From Callorhinchus milii (taxonomy: Eukaryota), in contig NW_024704742.1 in the NCBI RefSeq assembly GCF_018977255.1, forward strand, positions 85,624,001 to 85,688,000: a stretch of 64,000 bases of DNA, written 5' to 3'. How positions within the stretch are numbered: the first letter of the stretch is position 1; each line of letters begins with the position of its first letter. The position numbers and the translations under genes are program-made. The notes beneath the pieces were generated by a model. It was not told the DNA's origin. It searched no databases and worked only from the letters and a program-made list of their open reading frames with translations. This document shows, piece by piece, positions 26,660-39,566 of the stretch.

Positions 26660-26886
26660 CATATTGACTGTATAATTGTGGGCGAAACGCTGCAGCCAAT
26701 TGCGCACCACTGTATCCCACAAACAGTAGTGGATTGAAGTAACCAAATTATTATTTTTTTTCTTGAGGGATTATTATCAGGCATGTGGAGTAAGGAAACT
26801 TGCCCAAGGTTTCGCCCTCCCGGGAATCAAACCCAGGTCTCTCACTTGCAAGGCAAGTGCTCTAACCACTGAGCTACAGGACTCCA
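26660..26886 (-). mobile_element. tRNA-derived SINE lacking its tail, inside L2
   Basis: Head and body match the family. Confidence 0.88.
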
Positions 26887-27073
26887 AAACATCTGTATTC
26901 TCCCTCTTGATGACGTCATCCTCAGACATGGGGTCAATTTCCATATGTATGCGGATGACACCCAACTCTACCTATCTGCCTCCACGCTTGACTCCAGGAC
27001 CACTGCTGTCCTGACAGAATGTCTGTCAGACATCAAGTCCTGGATGAGAGCTAACTTTCTTCAGTTGAACGTC

Positions 27074-28540
27074 AACAACAACAACAACAAGATTGCATTT
27101 ATAGAGCACCTTTCACGTCGGGAGGACGTCCCAAGTCGCTGAACAGTTGGGTCGGGACCCGAGCAGGGGGGAAATCGTCAAGGTGAGGGGAGAGAAGGGA
27201 GGGAGCGAGGAGGGGGTAGAGAGTCGAGAAGGGAGCTGAAGGCACGGTTGAAGAGAAAGGTCTTGAGACCGGCCTTGAAGGAGGAAAGGGAGGAGGCGGC
27301 GAAGGCACTGGGGGATGGAGTTCCAGAGCCTAGGGGCTGAGAGGCTGAAAGCCCGGCTACCGATGGTAGGGCGGTTGGGGTGGGGGATGTGGAGCAGACC
27401 GGAGCCAGAGGAACGGAGGGTACGGGCAGGTAAGTAGAGGGATAGTAGGTCGGAGAGATAGGAGGGAGCAAGGCCGTGAATGGCCTTGTAGGTGAGGATG
27501 AGGATCTTGAATTCGATCCTCTGGGGGATGGGGAGCCAGTGGAGGCGAGCGAGGGTGGGAGTGATGTGGTCGCGAAGCCTGGTGCGGGACAGTACACGAG
27601 CTGCAGAGTTCTGAATGACCTGCAGCTTGTGGAGGGAGGTGCCGGGAAGGCCGACGAGGAGAGAGTTCCCGTAGTCCAGCCTTGAGGTGATAAAGGCGTG
27701 GACCAGAGTTTCAGCAGCGTGAGGGGTGAGGTAGTGCCGTAGTCTGGCGATATTCTGGAGGTGGTGGAAGGCGGTGCCAGTTGTGGCGCAGATATGAGGG
27801 AGAAAGGACAGCTCAGGGTCGAACAGAACCCCGAGGTTCCTGACTGGCTTTGAGAGGTGGAGAGTGCAGCCTTGGATGCTGATGCTGTCAGCGCCTGAGG
27901 TGCGGAGGCGCTGACGTGAGCCAATCAGGAGGGCCTCAGTTTTGCACACGTTGAGCTGAAGAAAGTTGTCTCTCGTCCAGGACTCGATGTCGGACAGGCA
28001 GCTGTCAGGACATCGGTGGTCGTGGAGTTGAAGGTAGAAGAGGAAAGGTAGAGTTGGATGTCATCCGCATACATGTGGAAGTTAACCCCATGTCTGCGGA
28101 TGATGTCACCAAGGGGGAGCATGTAGAGGGTGAAGAGGAGGGGACCGAGGACAGAGCCCTGAGATGCTGCACGAGACAGTGCGGGGGGTGGAGGAAAAGC
28201 CGTTAGCGGTGACAAAATGAAAACTGTGGGAGAGGTAGGACCTAATCCACTCAAGGACAGGACCTTGAAGGTTGAGGTGGGAGGATAAGCGGTGGAGGAG
28301 GATAGAGTGGTCGACCATATCGAATGTGGCCGATAGGTCGAGGAGGACGAGGAGGCAGAGGGAGCCCTGGTCGCAGATGGTCAAGATGTCATTGGTGACC
28401 TTGACCAGGGCGGTTTCCGTGCTTTGGAAACCCGACTGGAGGGGTTCAAAAAGTGAATGGGTGGAGAGGAAAGAGTGCAGCTGGGAGGCGATGACTCTTT
28501 CGAGAACCTTGGACAGGAAGGGGAGGTTGGAGATAGGCCG
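27074..28540 (-). mobile_element. Young L2 LINE, 1.47-kb 5'-truncated copy
   Basis: ORFs 28106..28561, 27925..28254 and 27113..27949 give [43 protein letters not shown]; (aac)n tail. Confidence 0.95.
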
Positions 28541-29913
28541 TTCACTTGATAGCTGCGACACATCAAGGGAAGGAACAAGACTAAGTTCCTCCTGATTGGC
28601 TCCCGTCAGCGCCTCCGCACCTCACAGGCACTGACAGCATCACCATCCATGGTGGCACACTTGTCGGCCTTCCCAACTCCTCCCTCCACAGGCTGCAGAT
28701 CATCCGGAACTCTGCAGTCCGTGTCCTCTCCCACACCAGGTTCCGAGACTCTGTCACCCCCCGCCATCGCCTGACTTGAATGGCTTCCCATCACACAGAG
28801 ATTTCAGTTCAAGATCCTGGTCCTCGCCTGCAAAGCCCTCCATGGCCTTGCTCCTCCTACCTCTGCAACCCCCTAACCCCCTCCCATCCTGCCTGTTCCC
28901 TCTGTTCAGCGGGCTCCAGCCTGCTTCACTTCCCCCGTCTCGTCCACCCCACCATTGGTGGGCAGACCTTCTACCACTCTGCCCCCTCCCTTGCCTCCTT
29001 CAAGACCCATCTCAAGACCTTCCTCTTCGACCATGCTTTCAATCACCCTGCTTCCCCCCCTGCAGCCCACCCTCCCCAATCCCGACCCCCAGCTTGGATC
29101 CGAAACACTGACCATCCAGGCCTTGGGACGTCTTCCCGACGTAAAAGACACTATACAAATGTCATTTTGTTTTGTTGTTGACAGGGTGAATGATGAGTCA
29201 ACTGATCTTCCTAGATCTCTTTCAGTTTCCGCTTGGCAAGTTCTAATCCATCCATGAAGTACATCTGTATCCTATTCATACTTCTGATTTGCCTTAACTT
29301 GTATTGAATTTGCCAGTTATCAGCTCATAGTCATCCCCTATGAAGTTTTCTTTCTAAGGCCTTTGCTACATTCTCTGATTCCACAGTTTCCCCCAACTTT
29401 ATGTCATCTTCAAACGTAACTGCCTTACAGTGGGTCTTAATCTAGGTCATTAATATAAACAAGGAACAGAGGGGTTCCAGCATGGACTTCTGAGATACTC
29501 TACTTAATATCACCCCCTCCCTCCCCCCAAACACTGACCCTCTGCTTCATTCCCTCTGACATGACTGCCCTGTTCCTGCTGTAGATCACTACCTAGAGAT
29601 TCTGGAGCGGGAGCTCAGGTGGTTATTGGGTGAAGACAGGATCCGGGCTTGGTGTTGGTAACTATTAGGTCACATAACATGGCTGCTTACCATTGTCTAC
29701 ACTCGCTCCTGAAGAATGGGCACTAAAGTGTTTAGCTTTACCTTCACACCTCGTGGCCACTCTGAGAGTACTGCATACGGTTCTGGTCACTGCAAGATTA
29801 GGGAGCTGCCCAGGTCACAGAGACAGTGCAGGGTGTAAAGGAGGGAAAATTGGGAGGAGGGGGATGAATGTAGCTGTTTAACTTCTTGCTGTAACACATG
29901 GTCATTGTTGCAG

Positions 29914-30031
29914 ACTGGCAGCCATTGCTCTGCTGATCCTGCCGGAGGAGGATGCTTTCTGGTGTCTGGTGGCCATCGTTGACTGTATCATGCCTGAGGA
30001 TTACTACAGCAAGACTCTGATTGGTTCTCAG
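29914..30031 (+). CDS. TBC1D2: TBC1D2 coding exon (TBC domain)
   Basis: gttgcag| acceptor and CAG|gtgagt donor. Translates (R)LAAIALLILPEEDAFWCLVAIVDCIMPEDYYSKTLIGSQ. Confidence 0.96.
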
Positions 30032-30685
30032 GTGAGTAATCTCCTCAGGCAGGTACCCCAAACCCTTGTTATCAATGATCTACTCTCTGTACCTTGAAGA
30101 CAGATGGAGCAAATGGATTCAACGTATTTGTCCACATTTGGACATTGGGTGAATTAATGTGTCTTTAGTAATTAGGGTTTTGGTTAGGATTTTGACCAGC
30201 CCTAATTAAATTAGGAAGAAGAAACTTCAAAATGTTATAAAAAACATGATATTTTCATTATCTATGACCTCAATGAAGTCATACCGTCAGTTATTGGCGT
30301 ACTGCAATATCCATCAATCAGCCATGAAATGAACAACAATTTGCATTTATATAGGCTTAAATGACCAATCTTTCTGGGGGTTGTTGGCCAGGTCACTGGG
30401 AGTAACTCCTTTCTCTTTTTGAATAGTTCTTTGAGATATTTAACATCCACCTGAACAGACAGATGAGACCTTGGTTTAACGTTTCATCTGAAGGACGGCA
30501 CCTGCAACAATGCAAAACCCCATTTCCCTCCCTCCCCTCCAGCACTGTATTGGAGTGTCAGCATAGACTGTGAGTTCAGTCTATGGAGTGCATACATTCT
30601 GAAGGTTAAGCTTAAACTTCCCTGCAGTGCAAGATCATCTTTGCCCGCTCTGTTTCATTCTGTCAAGTAAAATAAAACAGATCGG

Positions 30686-30997
30686 TATAATAATAAATAA
30701 TAATCCTTGCATTTGATATAGCGCTTTTCGCGTCTTCTAGACGTCTCAAAGCGCTTCATAGAATAGACTGTAAAGTGAATTGACTGTATATGTGTGGGTG
30801 AAACGCGGCAGCCAATTGCACACAGCAGTGTCCCACAAATAGTCATGGATTGAAGTGACCAATTTTATTATTGTTTTTTTTCTTGAGGGATTATTTACAG
30901 GCGTGGGGAGTAAGGAAACTTGCCCAAGGTTTAGTCCTGCCGGGAATCAAACCCAGGACTCTCGCTTGTGAGGCGAGTGCTCTAACCACTGAGCTAC
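30686..30997 (-). mobile_element. tRNA-derived SINE, short variant
   Basis: Family match; tail type gagacgtctagaagacg. Confidence 0.92.
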
Positions 30998-31610
30998 TAT
31001 ATATTTTAATCCTATAAATGATTTGTTACGAACAACTTTTGAAGATTTCAGATGATTGTGTTACATCTCCCCACATTTCGAAAGATGAGATTAATACCGG
31101 GCGAAGTAAACAAAGCCCCCACAAGGTTAGACTGCACCTGCACTTGCTGCCACAGAGAATGGCAGTGCATTATCATGTTCTCAGATGCTCTCAGTCTGGG
31201 CTCAGTCTCTACCATTCAGCCCTAGGCTTCAAGGAAATGTCCCCATTGTGTAGCTTCTATCAGATGCTTCCTCCCGTCTCCATTGATCAAGTGTTAATGA
31301 AAGGCTGCAATCTCTTTCAATGAGTTGTATTTCTGTTGCATTAGTTCTGAGCAAACATGACTGAATGACTGAACCTCTGCTCCATCTCGCTTGTGGCTCA
31401 TGATGCACTAGGTGTAGTGGTACAATACAATTTACATTTATGTAGAGCCTTTCACTTCAGGAGAATGTCTTTGACACTGATGGCTGGGAACCTGAGGGGC
31501 GTGGGGAAGGGAAGTGGCCTGTTTCCATATTGTACATTCTCTATGTAAATCTATGAAGGAGAATGATGAGGTATGTGATAATTTAGCTCTTGTTTTCATT
31601 CTAACTACAG

Positions 31611-31796
31611 GGCGACCAGAGGGTGTTCAGAGACCTGCTGTCGGACAAGCTGCCCAGGCTCACGGCTCACTTTGAGCAACACAACGTGGACCTCTCGCTA
31701 ATCACCTTCAACTGGTTCCTGGTCATGTTTGTTGACTGTCTCAAGCGTGACATCCTTCTCGGGATCTGGGATGCATTCCTGTACGAGGGAACGAAG
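31611..31796 (+). CDS. TBC1D2: TBC1D2 coding exon (TBC domain)
   Basis: ctaactacag| acceptor and AAG|gtaact donor. Translates GDQRVFRDLLSDKLPRLTAHFEQHNVDLSLITFNWFLVMFVDCLKRDILLGIWDAFLYEGTK. Confidence 0.96.
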
Positions 31797-32280
31797 GTAA
31801 CTATTCGGAGTTCATTTCTTAATTGATAATGTTCTTTGCATTTGATATAGTTGCTATAACATTGAAAATGTCTCAAAACACTTCTTAAGTGAAGTGACTG
31901 GCTCTCAAGGGTAGTGACTGCGTGTTTGTAGGTCAACCCAACAGGCAATTTGCAGCGTCTCACAAATTTTAACCAATTTTACCTTGGGGATTGTTGGCCA
32001 GGACACATGATCTGAGTTCAACATCTCATCTGAAGCATGCCTCTTCCTCCTCCTTTTCCTGTGCAGGACTATTATTATTTGTGCTTCACAACGAAAAAGA
32101 CCTTGTGTCACCTGTGGCTAGATCCTCCCAGATGTTGGCTCTCTGCCGCCATTGCCCTCTCAGCAGTGCCCTCCTTTCATTCCGCTCATGTGCAAAATCC
32201 CGCGAGATAGACATTTCCTGACCATCACTGCCTAATGGGAGCAGATTCGGGGAAAAAGAACAGGCAGCAAAGTCACCTAT

Positions 32281-32571
32281 AATAATAAATAATAATTCTT
32301 GCATTAATATAGTGCCTCATCACATCTTCTAGATGTCTAAAAGCGCTTCACAGAATATACTGCAAAGTGATTTGACTGTATATTTGTGGGCGAAACTCAG
32401 CAGCCAATTGCACACAGCAGTGTCCCACAAACATTGATTGAGTGACAATATTATTATTTTATTTTTTTCTTGAGGGATTATTATCAGGCATGTGGAGTAA
32501 GGAAACTTGCTCAAGGTTTCACCCTGCCAGGAATCGAGGCGAATGCTCTAACCGCTGAGCTACAGGGCTCC
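32281..32571 (-). mobile_element. tRNA-derived SINE, short variant
   Basis: Family match, with a deletion in the tRNA head. Confidence 0.9.
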
Positions 32572-35198
32572 CTACACACTCAGGTGCAGCTCCCAGCCTC
32601 TGCTAGTGTTTCTTAAATAGCGGTTTATTGGGAATAAACTATCTTGAAAATTCCATGCTTGTACAGACCGTGTAGTCATTCACTTCATGGCTGTTTGTGA
32701 GACGTTGCTGTGCGCGAATTGACTGCCAAATTCTCCTATAAATACAGTGACTACACTTTACAGTGTATCCTGTGTAGCGCTTTTACATACTGTTCTGATG
32801 TGAATGATGCTGAATCAAATTCAACGATTAAAATAATAATAATCCTTTTGTGTTGTTGAGTAGTCTCAAAGCGGATCACAGGATATACTGTAAAGTAGTG
32901 TTACTGAGAATGGCCACAAAATACATAATAATATTAGGATCTTATCACGTCACTTATACAAAGGCGTTACAAGTTTCTCACATGCAACTCCATTAAGAGA
33001 GACTCAAGTATCAGCCCCACCACTTGAACATCACTCATAGATGCAGCCGATGAGGTAATATTTAAAGCAGCACTGATCCTCAGTACAACTCTACTGAAAC
33101 GGGGAGAAATAGTGAAGGGTGAATAGCAGGAACGGTGCAGAACAACAAAAAATAACAGCAGCAGAAATAACAAGGTTAAAGGCTTTAGGAAGGAGGTGAG
33201 GCAGAGAGACAAGAATGTCCACAGGAATTTGCAGGTCAGAGTACAGACTGAAAAATTGCTTTGTAGTTTGGAGATTGACGTGATAAATTGAAGGTCTACT
33301 TTATGTTACGTTTCAGCCTTATTGTGGTGCTGTAAGCTGGACACAGGGAATGGAAGCGTGGCTGGGGAGGGCGAGGTACTTTAGTTATCAAGGCCTCCTT
33401 CTGAACTGAAACAAGTGCCTTGTGACTTAGAGTGAAGTGAACCCCATGTACTTCACATTGGCTAAGACCTCGGCTTTGACCCGAAACCTGTCACGAGTCA
33501 AAGTGATGTACACCCTGCTTTCTCCATCAGGCTTTCTCTTGCAGTTTGAACTCTCTTTCAACCCTAGTGTCTAGATTCACACATGAGATGGGCGAGGCGC
33601 TGGAGGGTGATCAGTGCTCTAGTTACATTGCCCAGCACCTTCTGTGGATGAGGAGGAGGAGAATATTTCCTCAGGAGGCACGTGTGGCGAGAAATAGAGG
33701 GCAGAAGAGGCTTTTTTTTAAATGTTGTGATTCAAGGAATTGTGAGGAGTGTATTGTAAGCACTGAAACGGGGAGAAATTAAGTCAAGGCTGGTTATTAT
33801 AGTGAGCGTCACATGGCCGTTTAGAATCCAGAGCAGCATACACTGCATGTAAAGGTCTGAGACTGGGGCCGTGCTGCTGCTATAAATGGAGCCGCAACAG
33901 TGGATGATGTCAGGCTGCCTTTCATTATTGATCGTGTACACCAGCAAATGCTGTTGCATTCCTGCTGTGAAGCATGTCTCATAACATACCTCTTCGACCG
34001 CGCTTTTGTTCATCTTTCCCCTCCGCATCCCCTCCCCTCAGCTCTCACCCCTAGCTCAGATGGCCATCCAGCACTTGAAGCACTTTGAGAAGTTCTCCCA
34101 ATGTGAAAGGTGCTATATTACTGTGTTGTATTAAGCAAAGAGAAGAGCCTTCTGGTAGTAGGACCTTGTTGCTGATGAATTTCTCCCGTGGCTTGATGAC
34201 AGGAGCATTTGATGGAGCCTGTAGGGATGTGAATGGAAAAGCTTGTTATTCTAGTTTGTTATTCTTCGGTATACATCCGGAGTTCACAGTGTCAGGTAGA
34301 ATCCTTTCAACTATCGTCACAGAAAACATAACGCCAAATTTATTATTTTACTGGAGTTTCTCTCTTTTCTGTCTTCGCTTTATTTCTTCCCTCCTGAAGG
34401 TGACAGATCAGGGTGCATATCCACCAAACACTTGGGGCAGGGCTTGTGCCCAGGTGCCAGTTGTTTTGTTCATGTGTGAGCTGGAGAGAAGGTGACAGGC
34501 AACAATAAGGGTTTAATTCTCAACAGGAATCTGTGGGTGGTGAGGGGCCACCTGGGTCTGGCAAGTTCTTAAACATGGCATTTGTTTTTGCAAGTTTATT
34601 TTAGTTTACCTAAAACTTAAGGCTGAATGCAGTAATTCTGGATGCTTCAACGTGTGGCATAAATAGAATACATCTAGACCTGGGTGGAATTTCTCCCCCG
34701 GGCAGTGTTCATTATGTCTACTGAAAGAAGACAAAGTACGAAAATCAATGGGTCAAGAATAACTTTCAGAAATCGCTTACTCTGATCCAACTGAGAAGGC
34801 TCAACATAGCGCTTGTTAATATTACCCTGTTGTTAATATTTTTTAACAAATATCACAAATTACTTCCCTCCTTTTCTCCCTCCCTTCCTTCCACGTCTCT
34901 ATCTCTGAAAGTGGAATGAGGTAATTAATAATCTTTACAATCAATTTAGTGCCTTATCGTGTCAGACCGGCTCAAACAACTTCACAGGGTGTTACTGTGA
35001 AGCGTAGTGACTGTGTATTTTATTTGCTATCTGAAATGTAAGGGTTATTAATATTATAAGCCTTCTTATATAAAAAAAATCTAATTTCCACTTTTGCTCC
35101 TTCAGTTATTACTTTAAATTGATACCCATCCAGTCACTGCCTCATTGACAATGGGTGAAGTTGCTAAATGTGTACTTGGGGCCCCCTTTGCGTTGCAG

Positions 35199-35320
35199 GT
35201 TCTGTTCCGATACGGACTGGCTATTTTCAAATACAATGAGGAGGAAATCCTGAAGCTTAATGATAACCTGGAAATTTACGAAAACCTGAGGAGTTTCCCA
35301 AAAAACATTTCTGATTGCAG
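35199..35320 (+). CDS. TBC1D2: TBC1D2 coding exon (TBC C-terminal part)
   Basis: cgttgcag| acceptor and AG|gtaaga donor. Translates VLFRYGLAIFKYNEEEILKLNDNLEIYENLRSFPKNISDC. Confidence 0.95.
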
Positions 35321-35355
35321 GTAAGACCCATTTGCTAAAGCTGCCACATGGTAAT

Positions 35356-35810
35356 ACAACAACAACAACAAATTACACTTGTGTATTGCCCTTCACGTCG
35401 AAAAGAGGCACTGGACAGTCAGGGGTTTTTGGACGCGAGCTGGGAGTCTGGGTTAGGAGGGGTGGAGGGCAGGGGGCGCGACAGGTTGGCCGAAGGCACG
35501 GTCGAAGAGGAAGGTATTTAAGTGGGACTTGAAGGAGGCAAGGGAGGGAATCAGGCGGAGGGACTGTGGGATAGAGTTCCAGAGTGTGGGGGCAGAGATG
35601 CTGAATGCCCGACCACCAATCATGGGGCAGGAAGTGCGGGGACCTGAAGCAGACCAGTGTCTGCTGAGCGGAGGAAGTGGACAGGCTGATATGGGGTTAG
35701 GAGGTTGGAGAGCTAGGGGGTAGCAAGACCATGGAGGGCTTTGAAGGTGAGAACGAGGGTTTTGTACTCGATTCTCTGAGGGATGTGAAGCTGGGCAAGG
35801 ATGGGGGTGA
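35356..35810 (-). mobile_element. L2 3' fragment
   Basis: (aac)n tail and L2 3' sequence in antisense. Confidence 0.8.
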
Positions 35811-35814
35811 TTGG

Positions 35815-36447
35815 TTCACTGTCTCACACTGCAGGCTGCTGAAACCCTCATACATGCTTTCATTACATCGAGGCTCGACTATGCAAACTCATTGCTTGTC
35901 GGCCTCCCCAACTCCTCCCTCCACAGGCTGCAGATCATCCCGAACTCTGCAGCCCATGTCCTCTCCCGCACTAGGCTCCGTGACCCTATCACCCCCTTCC
36001 TCGCCCAACTCCACTGGCTTCTCATCACACAGAGGATACAGTTCAAGATTCTGGTCCCCACCTTCAAAGCCCTTCACGGTCTTGCTCCCCCCTACCTCTG
36101 GGACCACCTAACCCCCTACCACCCTGTTCACTCCCTCCGCTCAGCGGGCTCTGGTCTGCTTTAAGTCCCCGCCTCACTCGTCCCTCTATTGGCTGGCGAC
36201 CCTTCTGCCACTCTGCCCCCACCCTCTGGAACTCCATCCCACAGTCCCTCCGCCTCGCCCCCTCCTTCACCACCTTTAAGACCCATCTCAAGACCCTCCT
36301 TTTTGATCTCCCTGTTTCCCCCTCTACTCTCCACCCTCCCCCACCCCGACCCCCAGCTCGGGTCCGTAACTCTGTCTGTCCAGCACCTTGGGACGTCCTC
36401 CCGACATGAAAGGCACTTTACAAATGAAATTTTGCGGTGGTTGTTGT
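35815..36447 (+). mobile_element. L2 3' fragment
   Basis: ORF 35811..36164 [25 protein letters not shown]; tail gggacgtcctcccgacatgaaaggc...gttgttgtt. Confidence 0.9.
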
Positions 36448-37399
36448 TCGCGGAACCTGGTGCGGGAAGGGATACGAGCTGCAGAGTTTTGAATAATCTG
36501 CAATTTGTGGAGGAAAGAGTTGGGAAGTCCAGTGAGCAGTCAAGCCGGGACGGGATGATAGTGTTTGCATTACGTGTGGCCAGGTGCTTCCATCAGCCAT
36601 TGCTCCAACTGAACAGGAAGGAGTTGTGAACCAGTGGGTAACTGAACCATTGCAGGAAGTACAGTGTCCAAAATCCACCTAATCTCAGCCTGTAGGACCA
36701 TTTTGTCATTAAATTGACGAATTGTGGAAAATTCTTAAATTCACTCTTTGGAAGTCATTTTTTACAGTTCTTTGCAAGATCATGATTGGATAAAGAAGGC
36801 CATTCGCCTCATTTGATCTCATCCTTCTGGAACACCTACCGCCTACCGTCCTCCCATCACATCATCAAGCTGTTTTGTAAATGAGTCCTGAGCAGCCCCA
36901 TTATATTGCAAAGCCATGAAATGTTCACAGTACCAAGTGTGGCCTCATTAGAGCACTTGAGATACCTTTAGTTTGACTTCTTGATATCTGAACTCAACTG
37001 ATTTGGCAATATAGCCCGAAAAAGAACTGGCTTCCAAAACAGAACAGATTCACACAGAAAACTAGGTGGAATTAGGGGTCTCCTGATATCCCACAAGCAG
37101 CCTTGAACTGAGTGACCATTTTTATTTGTGGGATTGTTGACCAGGACACCAGGAGAAACTCCCTTCTTTTTTCCAAATAGTGCCATGGGATCTTTAACTT
37201 TTACCTGAACAGGTAGTCAAGATCTAGTTTAATATCTGGTATAAAAGTGAGTGTTTCATAATGCCTTGATTATTGAATGTTTTCGACCGATCCGATTAGT
37301 ATATTTGTAACACCCTACACCAAACTACAGCTTGCATTTTAAACAAAATATCTGGACACTTAGAGCAAGAAATTCCACTAGTTTATAAAGTACTAGTTT

Positions 37400-37708
37400 A
37401 TAGAGCATTTGCCTCGCAAGCAAGAGACCTGGGTTTAATTTCCAGCAGGGCGAAACCTTGGGCAAGTTTCCTTACTCCACTCACCTGATAATAATCCCTC
37501 AAGAAAAAAAAACAATAATAATAATTTGGTCACTTTAATCCATGACTGTTTGTGGGACATTGTTGTGCACAATTGGCTGCCGCATCTCGCCCACAAATAT
37601 ACAGTCAAATCACTTTACAGTATATTCTGTGAAGCGCTTTGAGACGTCTAGAAGATGTGAAAAGCGCTATATCAAATGCAAGGATTATTATTATTATTAT
37701 TATTATTG
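37400..37708 (+). mobile_element. tRNA-derived SINE, short variant
   Basis: Family match with a long (ATT)n tail. Confidence 0.92.
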
Positions 37709-38054
37709 AAAGACAGCACCTCTCCACAGTTCTGCTCTACAGAACTGCATTGGAGAGTCAGTCTAGACTAGGGGCATCTTCTCTCCTTTAACTCACAAGA
37801 TCACGCGAAAAGTTTGGTCAACTTAGATCTCAAGCCTTCAGAAAAGCTACCCTGCTGTTTGATACAGGTCCTGGTAAAGGATACTTAGCTTCGAAATTTT
37901 AGAGTTCTTCATTTCTACAAAGCATAAAACGTTGTTTCTGGGATTTACAGTTTTAAGACAGGCCATCTCCATTCAGGGATCCCGAATTCTCATGAAGACC
38001 ATTGTCAATAAATTTAAGATCAACTTGGAAGCAGGTTTCTTAAAAACAATCATG

Positions 38055-38285
38055 GTGGAATCATGTAGTGTATTGGTTAGAGCACTTGCCTCGCAAGCAA
38101 AAGGACCTGTGTTCGATTTCCCCGGTGGGGTGAAACCTTAGGCTAGTTTCCTTACTCCACATGTCTCTGTTTACCTAGCAGTGAGTAGCAACCTGGTTGT
38201 TATTCGATTGGTGGGTCACTTTCCAGGGGTAATCAACGACGTGATAAGTTGCTTTTTCAAATGCAAGGATTATTATTCTTATTAT
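38055..38285 (+). mobile_element. tRNA-derived SINE, long variant, internally deleted
   Basis: Head plus long internal block joined to the tail. Confidence 0.8.
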
Positions 38286-38388
38286 AAACCAGCTTCCTGA
38301 TTGCTTGCAAGAATTGTTCAAAATGTTGCAAAATTCTTCTTCAGATTTTTGCGTATCTAATGTTCTTGTTTTACTGCACTCCCTACAG

Positions 38389-38584
38389 CAAGCTGAGGAC
38401 CATTGCGTTTGTGGAGATGAATCCATTCCCCATGAGGCTGCTGAAAAATCGTCGGGCAGCACACCTGGAGAAGCTGAGGGCTGAGCTGAGCGAGCTGGAG
38501 CGCATCCGAGAGGAGTATGTGAAAGAGCGAGAGGAACAAAAAGGCAGGAATGTCTCCGTCAGCGACGATGAGGAGGAAACGTAA
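38389..38584 (+). CDS. TBC1D2: TBC1D2 last coding exon
   Basis: ctccctacag| acceptor. Translates (S)KLRTIAFVEMNPFPMRLLKNRRAAHLEKLRAELSELERIREEYVKEREEQKGRNVSVSDDEEET then TAA. Confidence 0.95.
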
Positions 38585-39316
38585 TGAAAGTCGCCTCGCA
38601 CATCAGTCCCCGAATTGTGCAGCATGCATTAGAAGCGGGGCTTGTAATTTTAAAAAGCCCCTGCGCTTAGGGGTAACTGAGGGGAAGAATTAGGAATAAC
38701 TGAGGGTAGTAACTGAGGAGAACGACATTCTACAATTAAGGTTTTCCTTGATTTAGAAGAGAGCACAGTGAAGCAAATTATTTGAAGTTGAAATGCTTTT
38801 ATGTGCTCCTCATTCTAGCGTGGCTGCAGAGTAAAGATTCCTCTGCTCTGCCCAACCTCAGAACTGCTGTCTTTCCTCCGTGTGCAGTTTTACATTGTCT
38901 GAGGCAGCCACTCCAATCGACTCTCTGAGGGAAACTGACTATTTTGTCATTACATGTGCCTCATTAAGCACCGACTTGTTCCATACTGGGAAAATGAATG
39001 AGATTACTCAAACCCATTTCACGTGAGACTCTTATGGCGAACAGAGAGAGACTTCCATCCCATCAGTTTTGTCTGGTTCTGCAGCCTGATCACAGAGACG
39101 AAGGTGCAACTCAATGTTTCTTATTCCAGAATGGGATGTTTAACTGGTTTATTATGTGTCTTGTTGTTGCCAATAACTAGCACTATTGTGATGGCATAAG
39201 ACTTGATGGGCTTCCATTCCTAGCGATTGGGTTTAGGAGGATGAGGTTGACAGGGCCTGAGCACCACCACCAGCAGTGCAGGGTGCCAGTCAGTGTAACG
39301 AGTTTCATCATTTCAA

Positions 39317-39322
39317 AATAAA
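39317..39322 (+). terminator. Candidate polyadenylation signal of TBC1D2
   Basis: First AATAAA I found after the stop codon (~730 nt downstream), followed by a GT/T-rich stretch (tttgttcttgg). An alternative AATAAA lies at 42722. Confidence 0.35.
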
Positions 39323-39566
39323 ATGCATCAGAATTTGTTCTTGGCCGTAATTTACAGATGCTCCCAACGCAGTAGGCACCTTTAAAATCGTGGAGAGGTT
39401 TAGTATCTTGGTTAGGTATGCGAAGAGGCCTCAAGCTGACAGCAGGCTACCAGTCACAGCTGTCTGAAGACTGACGTTTCTCTGGCTGGAGAGGTTCTGG
39501 ACTAAGTTTGGATACTTGGGCCAAGAATGAGTCAAGTGTAGTGTGACAGTGTGTTTGAGTGGATAC

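Larger units (their letters stand above)
26200..29180 (+). mobile_element. Outer L2 element (+), interrupted by a SINE (26660-26886) and an antisense L2 (27074-28540)
   Basis: MYADDTQLYL...NFLQLNVN stops at 27073 and resumes at ~28574 (aacaagact...ctcctgattggctcccgtcagcgcctcc), running to a 3' tail near 29175. Confidence 0.85.

Noticed and set aside
33545..33782. Acceptor-like tract (ctttctcttgcag) and a 78-aa ORF in the intron after exon 31611-31796
   Set aside because: In the TBC1D2 frame it hits TAG after 9 codons. There is no convincing donor or recognisable homology, and the flanking exons already join in frame.
3385..38584. Assignment as TBC1D2B
   Set aside because: Motifs FLDPVKTPTGLVG, NISLKHLGTEIQ and LHKALEAAQQEKRA fit TBC1D2A better as I recall it; a phylogeny would confirm.
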